A stretch of DNA of 64,000 bases, taken from NCBI GenBank assembly GCA_964464605.1, contig CAYXJN010000006.1:211981-275980 (forward strand), written 5' to 3'. Below the pieces are notes generated by a model. The model made no database searches and had not been told where the DNA came from. It saw only the letters and a program-made list of their open reading frames with translations. Within the stretch, counting starts at the first letter, position 1; each line of letters opens with the position of its first letter. Both the position numbers and the translations under genes were made by a program. This document shows, piece after piece, positions 45,139-54,234 of this stretch. The stretch comes from an uncultured Ignavibacteriales bacterium. Lineage in GTDB: Bacteria; Zixibacteria; MSB-5A5; GN15; FEB-12.

Positions 45139-47850
45139 ATGAAACGAAAGAGATCCGAACCGACCAAAACAGCTAAGGGAAAAACCGGCCGCAAAAGCAC
45201 AACGCCGATGCGCCGCTCTGTCGTATCTAAAACCGGCACTTCGCAAAAGCGGCTTGCCCAAATTTCGCCGACGCTTGCCGCCGCGATCAAGACCGCGACT
45301 GCCGCGATCAAGCGAAATGATGGTATCGGCATTATCAACGTCCTTGAACCGTTTACAAAAACCGTCAACAAAGAATCAAGCGAAGCCCGTGAAGCGCATT
45401 GCGCACTTTTGGCCTACGGCAACGCGATTGCCCATCGCTTTGCAGATGCCGAACAAATTGCAGAAACAGGGTTACAGCAATGGGCGGATTCTCTCGACCT
45501 GCGCTATGTTCTGGCCTTTACTAAATTATCGCTTCGCGATTATGCGCAGGCTATAGATGCCGCCGTTGCTTTCCGTCGGATTTACGAAACCTATCCGGAA
45601 GCCGGCCGGTGCCGCATGGATTTCAGCCATACCGTCAGCCATCTCTCGCAAGTGTGCAATATTCTTGGTTCGGCCTATATCGAAAGCCGGCAGGATCACT
45701 TAGCCGAACATGCCCTTTTGGACGCCATCGCTATTGATAGCGGCAATAATCTTCCGTACCTGAATTTGTCCCGCTTGTATGCAAGGCAAGGGAAGAAAGT
45801 GGAAGCGGACGCTATCTTAGAGCGGGGTATCAAATCTGCCCGTCAAGTGCAGGAACTTCGCATGCTTGCCGGTACGCAGATGGGCAAGAGTACCATATCA
45901 GTCTGTATGATCGTCAAAAATGAAGAGCAGCTATTAGCAGGTTGCCTGGAATCGGTTCGTGATTGGGTGGATGAAATTATCGTCGTCGACACCGGCTCAA
46001 CCGACAAAACCGTCGAAATCGCCAAATCATATGGTGCGAGAGTGTTTCATCAACAGTGGGAGGGGAACTTCTCCAAACACCGGAACTATTCGCTCGAACT
46101 GGCAAGCTGCGACTGGATTCTCATTATCGACGCCGATGAGCGGGTGGAGTCCGAGGATGTTCCCCGGTTACGCACCCTCTTGAATCAAACCGAATTTCAG
46201 GTGCTCTCGTTGAGCGTATTTAATGTGTACGGCGAGCAGCATGAAACAGCTACCTTCCTGCCGTCGATTCGTATGTTCCGCCGTTCGTTGAATCTGCGCT
46301 ATGAAGGCATCGTTCATAATATGCTGTATGTACCGGATGAGTATCTGGTCGCCCGGATAGGAGCGAGAATTCGGCATTTGGGTTACAGTCTTTCCCCGGA
46401 AAAGATGGCTAAAAAGATTGAGCGCACCAAAGCGCTGCTTGAAAAACAATTGGCAGACAATCCGAAAAATGCCTTCGCGCATTTCAACTACGCACAATTG
46501 CTGCGCGGCTCCAAAGAAGGGGACAGAACAGAACATATCGCCACCGTTCTCCACTCTGCGGCACAGGCGGTCAAGCTAACGGATTCGTCGCAGCCCAGAG
46601 AGCGGCATATCCATTTAATGGCGCTTAACCAGTTGGCCTGGACCTATTTCTTTTCCAAAGATTTTGCGAAGGCGGTGGAAAACTGCGAGCGTGCTCTGGC
46701 CGCAAAGTCGGGCTATCTCGATCCCCTCATACTGTTAGGTCACATCTATATACGAACCGGCGATTTGGAAAAGTCGGCACGATACTATCAGCAGTACTTG
46801 GATGAACAGGCTAAATACCAGCCGCATTTAGAAACAGATAATATCATCCTGCATCATCCGGACAGCCGTCCCTCTGCACTGTATGGCCTCGCTATGATTG
46901 CCAATACCGGCGGTGATGAGCTGTTAACCCGCACCCTGTTCGAGCAGATAGCGGTGATTAATGATCATTACCTCGACGTCAATGTCCGCCTCGGCAAAAT
47001 CTATCTGCAAACCGGTGATCTGGAAAAAGCCGGAGCTGCCTTTGAGCGGCAATTGAAATATCAACCCGAAGACCGTCAGGCGTTACTTGGCTTGGCTACT
47101 GTTTACGTTCAGACAGGGAATACAACCAAAGCCAAACAACGCTTTGAAGCGATACTTGTGGCCGATCCGCAAAATCTGTATGCCCGTTTGCAGTTGGGAC
47201 ATCTGTTCCTACAACAGGGAAAACGCAGCGAGGCGGTTCATCATTTTGCCGAAGCGGTCAAATGGCATGATCCGGAACTGGTGGTCGAAACGGTTATTAC
47301 CGAACTGCGTACCGAAACCGGAAATCATAATGCTGCTATAAAGTTGTATACCGCGCTTGCGGATGAAGGGGTGCGCTCTGCCCGGTTATTCACCGAGCTT
47401 GGTAACTGCTATTTCAAAACAGCACATTTAGATCAGGCTGAACACTGGTTTGCTCAGGCATTTACATTAAATAGTGAATCAGATGTGGTCATGTACAATC
47501 TCGGGCTTACCCGTGCCCGTATGGGTAACTACCAGTCAGCACTTGAACTCCTCACAAAATATTTTGAGGTAACTCCGACCGCTATAGATGTAGCGCATGT
47601 TATCGGTGATATTTATTTCAAAATGAAACAACCGGCCACGGCGGTTGCCTACTACGAACATGTATTGACGGAACAACCCTCCGATGCAAATGTCCTGCTG
47701 AAATTATCGGACTGCTATCTCCATATGGGATATGCAGATTCCGCACGGCTGGGGTATCAGCGGGTGCTGCAGTTGGATCCGAAGAACAAAGAGGTGCAAA
47801 AACGGCTCGATGATATTCAAGTCCGGGCAGAAAGCGGGCAGACTGCCTAA
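45139..47850 (+). CDS. TPR - family-2 glycosyltransferase - TPR multidomain protein
   Basis: The GT2 core is ISVCMIVKNEEQLLAGCLESVRDWVDEIIVVDTGSTDKT...LIIDADE. It is flanked by many TPR-like repeats and has a basic N-terminus. It lies directly upstream of fliC. Confidence 0.8.
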   Translation: MKRKRSEPTKTAKGKTGRKSTTPMRRSVVSKTGTSQKRLAQISPTLAAAIKTATAAIKRNDGIGIINVLEPFTKTVNKESSEAREAHCALLAYGNAIAHRFADAEQIAETGLQQWADSLDLRYVLAFTKLSLRDYAQAIDAAVAFRRIYETYPEAGRCRMDFSHTVSHLSQVCNILGSAYIESRQDHLAEHALLDAIAIDSGNNLPYLNLSRLYARQGKKVEADAILERGIKSARQVQELRMLAGTQMGKSTISVCMIVKNEEQLLAGCLESVRDWVDEIIVVDTGSTDKTVEIAKSYGARVFHQQWEGNFSKHRNYSLELASCDWILIIDADERVESEDVPRLRTLLNQTEFQVLSLSVFNVYGEQHETATFLPSIRMFRRSLNLRYEGIVHNMLYVPDEYLVARIGARIRHLGYSLSPEKMAKKIERTKALLEKQLADNPKNAFAHFNYAQLLRGSKEGDRTEHIATVLHSAAQAVKLTDSSQPRERHIHLMALNQLAWTYFFSKDFAKAVENCERALAAKSGYLDPLILLGHIYIRTGDLEKSARYYQQYLDEQAKYQPHLETDNIILHHPDSRPSALYGLAMIANTGGDELLTRTLFEQIAVINDHYLDVNVRLGKIYLQTGDLEKAGAAFERQLKYQPEDRQALLGLATVYVQTGNTTKAKQRFEAILVADPQNLYARLQLGHLFLQQGKRSEAVHHFAEAVKWHDPELVVETVITELRTETGNHNAAIKLYTALADEGVRSARLFTELGNCYFKTAHLDQAEHWFAQAFTLNSESDVVMYNLGLTRARMGNYQSALELLTKYFEVTPTAIDVAHVIGDIYFKMKQPATAVAYYEHVLTEQPSDANVLLKLSDCYLHMGYADSARLGYQRVLQLDPKNKEVQKRLDDIQVRAESGQTA

Positions 47851-48147
47851 CCTGCCACAGGACAAAGAAAAAGGGCAGGATAATAGGATATTCCCCTCAA
47901 GTTGTTCAAGGATGTTACCGATGATGAGCAAAGATACATATATGCAACAATTAAGCCAAGAAGGACCATCGACAAACCTGGAGTATAGGAGAATGGAGAG
48001 AGAAGAAAGAGAACGGAATCAAATTGGAACTGATGTACGTGAATCTGTGAACATTGGACGTGACTACACAAGTAAGAAAATAAAAACAAAAAACATATTA
48101 GCGGGTAAGGATACCCCGAAAGATTAGCCTCAAGGAGGATCTTACAC

Positions 48148-50310
48148 ATGTCACTCCGCATTAACCACAACCTGGCAGCGATGAACGCGCATCGTAACTT
48201 AGTTACGACTACAGACGCGTTGAGCAATTCCATGCAGAAGCTGTCCTCAGGTTACCGAATCAACAAGGGTTCAGACGACCCGGCCGGTTTGGTGATTTCT
48301 GAGCAGTTCCGCGCGCAGATAGCCGGTTTGAACCGCGCTATTGAAAACTCGGAAGGTTCGATTTCGATGATTCAGACCGCTGAAGGCGCGCTGAACGAAA
48401 TCAACAGCCTTTTGGTTTCCATGCGCGAATTGGCGATTCACGCGGCCAACGAAGGTTTTAACGACGTTGATCAGTTGAAAGCCGATCAGGCCGAAATTAA
48501 CAACGCCATCAAGACCATTGACCGTATTGCCCAGAACACGCAGTTTGGTACCAAGAAACTTCTCGACGGTTCCAAAGCGAACACTGCCAGCATTACGACT
48601 TCCAACAGCTCCGGTTTGTATATCAAGACCTCCGGCTTGTCGACCGGTCAGCACTCTGTCTCCGCGACCCGCACCGCTGAATCCAAAGCGACGTTGAACA
48701 CTACCTCGCTCGGTTTTAGTCTGGCGAACGTTGACGGCGATCCGTACAACTTGCAGGAAAAGATTCACACGGTGGATGTTCTGCAGGCTTCAGGCGTTGC
48801 TAAGAAAGTGTCGAACGCGATTTCATTCACCGATGCTTTCGGTAACACCATGGATATCTCTGGTACTACCGATGCTGCCCGTATGGTTTCAGCCGCTGCC
48901 ATTGCGACTGCTGATGCCTCCAATGCCGGTACGTATACTATGGTTGTCAATTATCAGGAAAACGGTGAGTCACCGACCGGTAATCAGACCATTCAGTTTA
49001 CTATCGCCAGCGGTGACACCGTTGCTGAAATTCTGACGACGATTAATGATCAGTTGAACTTAAACGCCGAACTCTCCGGTAAAGTCGTTGCCGCGACTGC
49101 CACCGGCGGCGTGCTTGCGATCGAAACCGCCAACGAAGGCGCTCAGTATTCACTTGAAGTTTCTTCACTTTCAAGCGATGCAACAACCGACTGGGCTGCT
49201 ATCACAGCCGGTGACGATCGTGGTGTTTCTTCGAATGAACTCGTTTTCACGGTTAACACCGTCGCGAACGAAAACACGACCGCTACCGTTACATTGACCT
49301 CCGGTAACTATACCTCGTTGGCCTCATTGGTCAGCCAGATCAATACCCAGTTGGGTAGTGCGTTTGCGACCATCAGCGGTGGCGTCAATGATATCGTTGC
49401 CACTGTTCAGGACAGCAACCTGATCCAGTTTGCTACCCGTGATGAAGGTTCCGCGTTCAGCATCCAGTTGAATGCCGGCGCTACTGGTACGGATAACCTG
49501 CGTAACGTTCTCGGTTTGACCGAAGATACGCTGGCGAACACCGGTACCGATGCGCTCGTTTCCTTCGACGGCTTTACTTCAGCTATTGATTCCGTTGAAT
49601 ACGGCGCTTCCAGCGAAGTCACCCTCTATAATAAAGCGGATGGCGAAGCCGGTCGTGGTTCCATTTCCTTTACCGTCGCCAGCGCGCAGAACGGTTTGAA
49701 TATCGGTAACCTGTTGCTTGACGTGAAAGCTGCCAAGTTCGACGTTCGTTTGGACGGCGGCCCGGCCTATAGCGTCACTGCCGGTATCGAATCTACCATC
49801 TATACCGCTGACCGCAGTGAATCAGTTGCGCTTACGTATGATCTGACCTCGCTCGGTGGTACTGAAACCATCAGCAACATCGATCAGTCACTGGTCTTCC
49901 AGATCGGTGCTAACGTCGGTCAGACTACCCGTATCGCTCTGCGCGGTATGTCGTCATCAGCTTTGGGTAAGGACCTCGCCGGAAATATGTTCCGCTCCTT
50001 GGCTCAGATCGATGTGACCACCGTTCAGGGTGCACAGGATGCACAGTCGATTATCGACGCCGCCATTCAGGAAGTTTCCACAACTCGTGGTGACCTCGGT
50101 TCATTCCAGAAGAATACTTTGGAATCTAATTTGAGAAACCTCCGAATTGCGTCCCAGAACTTGACCGCTTCCGAATCAAGCATTCGTGATACGGACATGG
50201 CTGAAGAGATTTCTGAATTCACCAGAAATCAGATTCTCTTGAGCGCCGGTACCTCCATGTTGGCTCAGGCCAATCAGGTTCCGCAGGTAGTACTTTCTCT
50301 CTTTCAGTAG
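48148..50310 (+). CDS. fliC: flagellin (720 aa, expanded central region)
   Basis: N-terminus MSLRINHNLAAMNAHRNL...SSGYRINKGSDDPAGL and C-terminus LGSFQKNTLESNLRNL...MAEEISEFTRNQILLSAGTSMLAQANQ. The central region of about 450 aa is rich in Ser, Thr and Ala. Confidence 0.95.
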   Translation: MSLRINHNLAAMNAHRNLVTTTDALSNSMQKLSSGYRINKGSDDPAGLVISEQFRAQIAGLNRAIENSEGSISMIQTAEGALNEINSLLVSMRELAIHAANEGFNDVDQLKADQAEINNAIKTIDRIAQNTQFGTKKLLDGSKANTASITTSNSSGLYIKTSGLSTGQHSVSATRTAESKATLNTTSLGFSLANVDGDPYNLQEKIHTVDVLQASGVAKKVSNAISFTDAFGNTMDISGTTDAARMVSAAAIATADASNAGTYTMVVNYQENGESPTGNQTIQFTIASGDTVAEILTTINDQLNLNAELSGKVVAATATGGVLAIETANEGAQYSLEVSSLSSDATTDWAAITAGDDRGVSSNELVFTVNTVANENTTATVTLTSGNYTSLASLVSQINTQLGSAFATISGGVNDIVATVQDSNLIQFATRDEGSAFSIQLNAGATGTDNLRNVLGLTEDTLANTGTDALVSFDGFTSAIDSVEYGASSEVTLYNKADGEAGRGSISFTVASAQNGLNIGNLLLDVKAAKFDVRLDGGPAYSVTAGIESTIYTADRSESVALTYDLTSLGGTETISNIDQSLVFQIGANVGQTTRIALRGMSSSALGKDLAGNMFRSLAQIDVTTVQGAQDAQSIIDAAIQEVSTTRGDLGSFQKNTLESNLRNLRIASQNLTASESSIRDTDMAEEISEFTRNQILLSAGTSMLAQANQVPQVVLSLFQ

Positions 50311-50325
50311 TCGATAGACCGCTTT

Positions 50326-50355
50326 GAGGGAGGGCGTTACGCCCTCCCTCTTAAG
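50326..50355 (+). terminator. hairpin terminator after fliC
   Basis: gagggagggc / gccctccctc forms a 10-bp GC-rich stem. The T-tract that follows is weak (ttaagcg). Confidence 0.55.
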
Positions 50356-50426
50356 CGTTAGATATAGAAAATAGGACTGATGACAAGGAAGACAGTGATG
50401 TCACAAGCGGAAGTGAGGAGCATGTC

Positions 50427-52781
50427 ATGGCGGTGAATTCAATCGATGGCATTTCCTCCGGGCTGAATACGACGGAAATCGTCGATGCTCTGTTGAGCTT
50501 CGAAAAGACCCGGATCGCCGGCCTGCAGAATGACACAGCCGAACGAACAAACATCATATCCAGCCTTCAGGCGTTGCAGGCGAAGCTCCTTGCGCTTAAC
50601 TCAACGTCGAAAGCGCTGACCCGCACGAGTACGTTCGAAGGAGCGGCTCTTTCCGTTTCTGATACCTCTATTTTGACCGCGCGCACAAACGGAAAAGTCG
50701 GTACCGGTTCGTACACGCTGCAAGTGCAGTCGATCGCCCGCAATCATCAGATAGCCAGCCAGGGAATAGCCAGTGATACGGAAGGGCTCCTTGGTTCCGG
50801 CACCATTTCCATCAAAGTCGGCAGCGGCTCCACCCGTACGATTACGATCGATAACACCAATAATTCATTGAACGGCCTGAAAAAAGCGATCAATGATATG
50901 CGCATGGGTGTTACGGCGACGATTATCAATGATGGTTCCTCTGCAAACTCCTACCGCCTGCTTTTGACCGCCGATAAAACCGGTTTGAAAAACAGCATCA
51001 CCTTTTCCGACACGCTTTCCGGCGGTTCAGATTTGAATTTTGAAACCGCAACGTTCGATGCTCCGGAAAAACTGAATACCAATGCCAGCTCGACCTCGGC
51101 AATTTCGCTCGGCGCTACTGCCACTAACAGCGGGACACAGAATAAAATTTACACGTTTACCGTCGCCGGTAGCGGCTCACAGACGGTTGGCTCGGATGTT
51201 ATCAATATCAACTGGACCGACGGCACCAACAGCGGCTCTCTTGCCGTTACGCAAGCTGATACCGAAGTCAATTTGGTTGGCGCAGGTGCGGATGGCTTAA
51301 AACTCAGCTTTGCAGACGGCACGTTGAACGCAGGGGATACCTTTCAGGTTGCCAGTTTTGCACCGCTTGTGCAATCGGCATCTGACGCAAAAATAGCATT
51401 CGGTGGCACATCCACAAGCGGATCGCCGATAACGGTAACTTCGGATACGAATACTTTCTCAAGCGTTATTCCGGGTGTGGTCGTAAGTCTGCTGAAAGAA
51501 ACGGAACCGGGAGAAACGGTCACCATCAATGCCGACCGTGATTTAGCCGGCATTAAAACGTCGATTCAGAATTTTATCGATGCCTATAACTCCGTTTCGG
51601 AATACATCAAAGAGCAGGGAAGTTTCGATAATGATACTAAAACAGCCGGTGCGCTGTTCGGTGATTTCACTCTGTCGATGGCGGCCAATTCATTATCAAC
51701 TGCGCTCGGTTCAAAAATCGCCGGAATAGAATCAAATTACAATCAGTTGTATTCAATCGGTATCCGCACAACAGCAACCGGGAAATTAGCTATTACGGAC
51801 AACGCTCGTTTGGAAAAAGCGCTGAATGAAAATATCGAAGATGTCATCAAGTTGTTCTCAAGTTCCGGCTCATCTTCAAGCGGCTATATCGAATACTTCG
51901 ATTCGACCACCAAAACCAAAGCCGGGCAGGATGTCGCCGTAGATATTACCCGCGCTGCAACACAGGGAGCGCTTAAAGGCGCAACGATTACCAAACCGGA
52001 ATCGACACCGCTCGTGTTGACCAACTCCAATAATAGATTACGTATTTTAGTCGACGGATTGGTTTCCGATGAAATTATTCTTACCGCCGGTTCGTATGCA
52101 ACCGTCGACAGCCTGATTGAAGAAATTCAAGGCAAAATCAACGAAGACAGCAAAATCGGTTCACGTAATGTGAAAGTCGAATGGGAGCCGGGTGGTGCAT
52201 CGACCGGAAATATCAAAATAACCAGTTCCACCTATGGCAGCTCTTCAAAGGTTTCGTTGGTAACGTCGATTTCCAATTCCGCTTTTGCCGTTCTTGGGCT
52301 TGCCACAGGAATCAGCACTGAGGGGTTGGACGTGGAGGGCACCCTCAACGGCGAGGCGGCCACCGGTAAAGGGCAAGTGCTCACCGGCAAAACGGGAAAC
52401 AAAACAACTGAAGGTTTAGCCGTTAAAGTTACCCTGACACAGGCGCAGCTTGACAGCGATACCGATGAAGCCACCGTGACTATCGCCCGCGGTGTTGCCG
52501 GAAGAATGCAAAGCGTACTCGATAGTTTAACCCTTTCGCAGAACGGCATTATCGACCGTAAGATCAAAGGTGTTCAAAACCAAGTTGATGATATAGCAGA
52601 GCAAATCGAAGCGTACAACAAGCGGATGGAGCAGAAACGGCAATCTTTGTTCGAAAAGTTCTATGCAATGGAAGAAGCCGTCGGCCAGCTCAATTCACAA
52701 GGCCAATTCCTCAGCGCCCAATTGTCTTCACTTACGAGCGCGCTCAATCAGCAGCGCTCCGGCGGCAATAGCGGCGGTTAA
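50427..52781 (+). CDS. fliD: flagellar filament cap protein FliD (784 aa)
   Basis: The N-terminus is ISSGLNTTEIVDALLSFEKTRI. The C-terminus has a coiled coil YNKRMEQKRQSLFEKFYAMEEAVGQLNSQ. Confidence 0.9.
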   Translation: MAVNSIDGISSGLNTTEIVDALLSFEKTRIAGLQNDTAERTNIISSLQALQAKLLALNSTSKALTRTSTFEGAALSVSDTSILTARTNGKVGTGSYTLQVQSIARNHQIASQGIASDTEGLLGSGTISIKVGSGSTRTITIDNTNNSLNGLKKAINDMRMGVTATIINDGSSANSYRLLLTADKTGLKNSITFSDTLSGGSDLNFETATFDAPEKLNTNASSTSAISLGATATNSGTQNKIYTFTVAGSGSQTVGSDVININWTDGTNSGSLAVTQADTEVNLVGAGADGLKLSFADGTLNAGDTFQVASFAPLVQSASDAKIAFGGTSTSGSPITVTSDTNTFSSVIPGVVVSLLKETEPGETVTINADRDLAGIKTSIQNFIDAYNSVSEYIKEQGSFDNDTKTAGALFGDFTLSMAANSLSTALGSKIAGIESNYNQLYSIGIRTTATGKLAITDNARLEKALNENIEDVIKLFSSSGSSSSGYIEYFDSTTKTKAGQDVAVDITRAATQGALKGATITKPESTPLVLTNSNNRLRILVDGLVSDEIILTAGSYATVDSLIEEIQGKINEDSKIGSRNVKVEWEPGGASTGNIKITSSTYGSSSKVSLVTSISNSAFAVLGLATGISTEGLDVEGTLNGEAATGKGQVLTGKTGNKTTEGLAVKVTLTQAQLDSDTDEATVTIARGVAGRMQSVLDSLTLSQNGIIDRKIKGVQNQVDDIAEQIEAYNKRMEQKRQSLFEKFYAMEEAVGQLNSQGQFLSAQLSSLTSALNQQRSGGNSGG

Positions 52782-52829
52782 CATCGAAACTCAATAACAA
52801 CTACATAATAAACATTGGAGGTTTTCAAA

Positions 52830-53273
52830 ATGAGCACGCAATTAGCTTCGTACAAAGCAGCCGATATTCTTGGCCGCTCCCAGCTTGATTTGGTACTGCG
52901 GGTCTACGACGGCGCAATCAAATCGTTGACCGATGCCCGTCAGAATTTTGCGGACAACAGCAACGATGCCGGCCACAAAAATACCGAACAGGCACGTAAC
53001 TGCATTACCCATTTATATACTACCCTCGATTTCGAAAAAGGAGACCAGATCGCCCAGAAGCTCGGGGAGCTCTATGTTTTCGTTTTGAGCAAACTTTCAG
53101 AAATCGAATCGACCAAAGACAGCGCCGCTATCGATTCCGTTGTCAGGATATTGAACAATTTGCGTTCCGGCTGGCTCGAATTGAAAGAACAAGGCGTAAC
53201 GTCACCGGAAATGACTTTTCAAACCACCGGAACCAGTCAAGCTCTTACCCCTGAACATCCGATAACAGTATAA
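52830..53273 (+). CDS. fliS: flagellin-specific chaperone FliS
   Basis: I prefer ATG 52830, which has GGAGG 9 nt upstream. Contains LVLRVYDGAIKSL...ITHLYTTLDFEKGDQIAQKLGELY. Confidence 0.85.
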   Translation: MSTQLASYKAADILGRSQLDLVLRVYDGAIKSLTDARQNFADNSNDAGHKNTEQARNCITHLYTTLDFEKGDQIAQKLGELYVFVLSKLSEIESTKDSAAIDSVVRILNNLRSGWLELKEQGVTSPEMTFQTTGTSQALTPEHPITV

Positions 53274-53275
53274 AG

Positions 53276-53737
53276 ATGGACACAACAGATTACAGACAAC
53301 TGTATCAGCTGGAACGGGAACTTACCGCGATTCTCAAGGAAGAGTTCTCGTTTTACCAGTCTTTGTATATCATGCTGGATAAACAGCGTGAGATGATGAA
53401 ATACGAAAAGGATGAAAACCTGCTCGACCTGTTCTCGGAAATAGAGCAGGGGAAACAGCGGATTTTGTCATCCGAAGAACGTATCGCCGGGCTGCAACAG
53501 CGTTATCCCACGCTTTTTGCGTCGGTTCTGCAATTACCGGATATCAAAAAACTGATTAACAGTATTGCGACTCTGGTAAAGAAGAATCTGACTCTGGTCA
53601 GCGAGGGGGAGGCGTTTATGAAAGAACGGTACGAACGCTTGCGCGCCGAACTGGGACAATTGCAGCACAGCCGGAAGATTTTACAGTACATGGGAGATTC
53701 CGAGCCGGCTTCGTTTTTTGTAGACGGAAAAAATTAG
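53276..53737 (+). CDS. hypothetical helical protein (FlgN/FliT-like position after fliS)
   Basis: 153 aa, charged and helical, tightly packed 2 nt after fliS. I recognise no family with confidence. Confidence 0.55.
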   Translation: MDTTDYRQLYQLERELTAILKEEFSFYQSLYIMLDKQREMMKYEKDENLLDLFSEIEQGKQRILSSEERIAGLQQRYPTLFASVLQLPDIKKLINSIATLVKKNLTLVSEGEAFMKERYERLRAELGQLQHSRKILQYMGDSEPASFFVDGKN

Positions 53738-53919
53738 ATACTGAATCCGTCGGCTGGCAGGCCGTCGGATTTAGCTATACACACCACGACATAGGAAGGA
53801 AGTGGTATGACAGGCAGTATAAGGGCAATCCGTAGAGGTTGGGGCTTAAGACCTTCTCGGTCTTGGGACTCGGATGAGGGGCACAGCGGTTTTGAAAGAA
53901 ACCAGACGGGACGGTTAGC

Positions 53920-54219
53920 ATGGTAAAATCTGAGAGTTTGCTTCATGAGCTGGGGGACGTTGCTGATCGGGTACTCAAGGAAGAGACTTCACAACGAGGG
54001 CGGAAACAAGGGAAATATCTGTCGGCCCATGTCGACGGTATCTCCAAAAAACGGGCAGGACAGAGGAAACCGAAGTCAGCGGCAACCGGTGTCCGGAACG
54101 GGAAAATGGATGAAATCAAGCGAAAAATCTCGTCCGGATTCTATTCTTCTGCCGAAGCATTGCGGAAAATTGCCGATAAAATAGCTGACGACGTTTCTGA
54201 CGATGAAACCCGCAGTTGA
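53920..54219 (+). CDS. FlgM-like anti-sigma-28 factor (putative)
   Basis: The C-terminal MDEIKRKISSGFYSSAEALRKIADKI resembles the FlgM helix motif (V..LK..I..G.Y......IA.K.). The N-terminal part is basic and looks disordered. Confidence 0.4.
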   Translation: MVKSESLLHELGDVADRVLKEETSQRGRKQGKYLSAHVDGISKKRAGQRKPKSAATGVRNGKMDEIKRKISSGFYSSAEALRKIADKIADDVSDDETRS

Positions 54220-54234
54220 GAGAGGACGCAAGTA

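Noticed and set aside
48148-50310. A flagellinolysin-type enzymatic flagellin, meaning a metalloprotease domain inside the giant flagellin.
   Set aside because: The 720-aa sequence has no HExxH or other catalytic motif. The insert looks like repeated IN-type structural modules.
53878-53895. A sigma54-like promoter (GGGGCACagcggTTTTG) upstream of the FlgM-like gene.
   Set aside because: The -24 element is acceptable, but TT rather than GC lies 10 nt downstream of the GG. This differs from the two convincing sites at 27550 and 35260.
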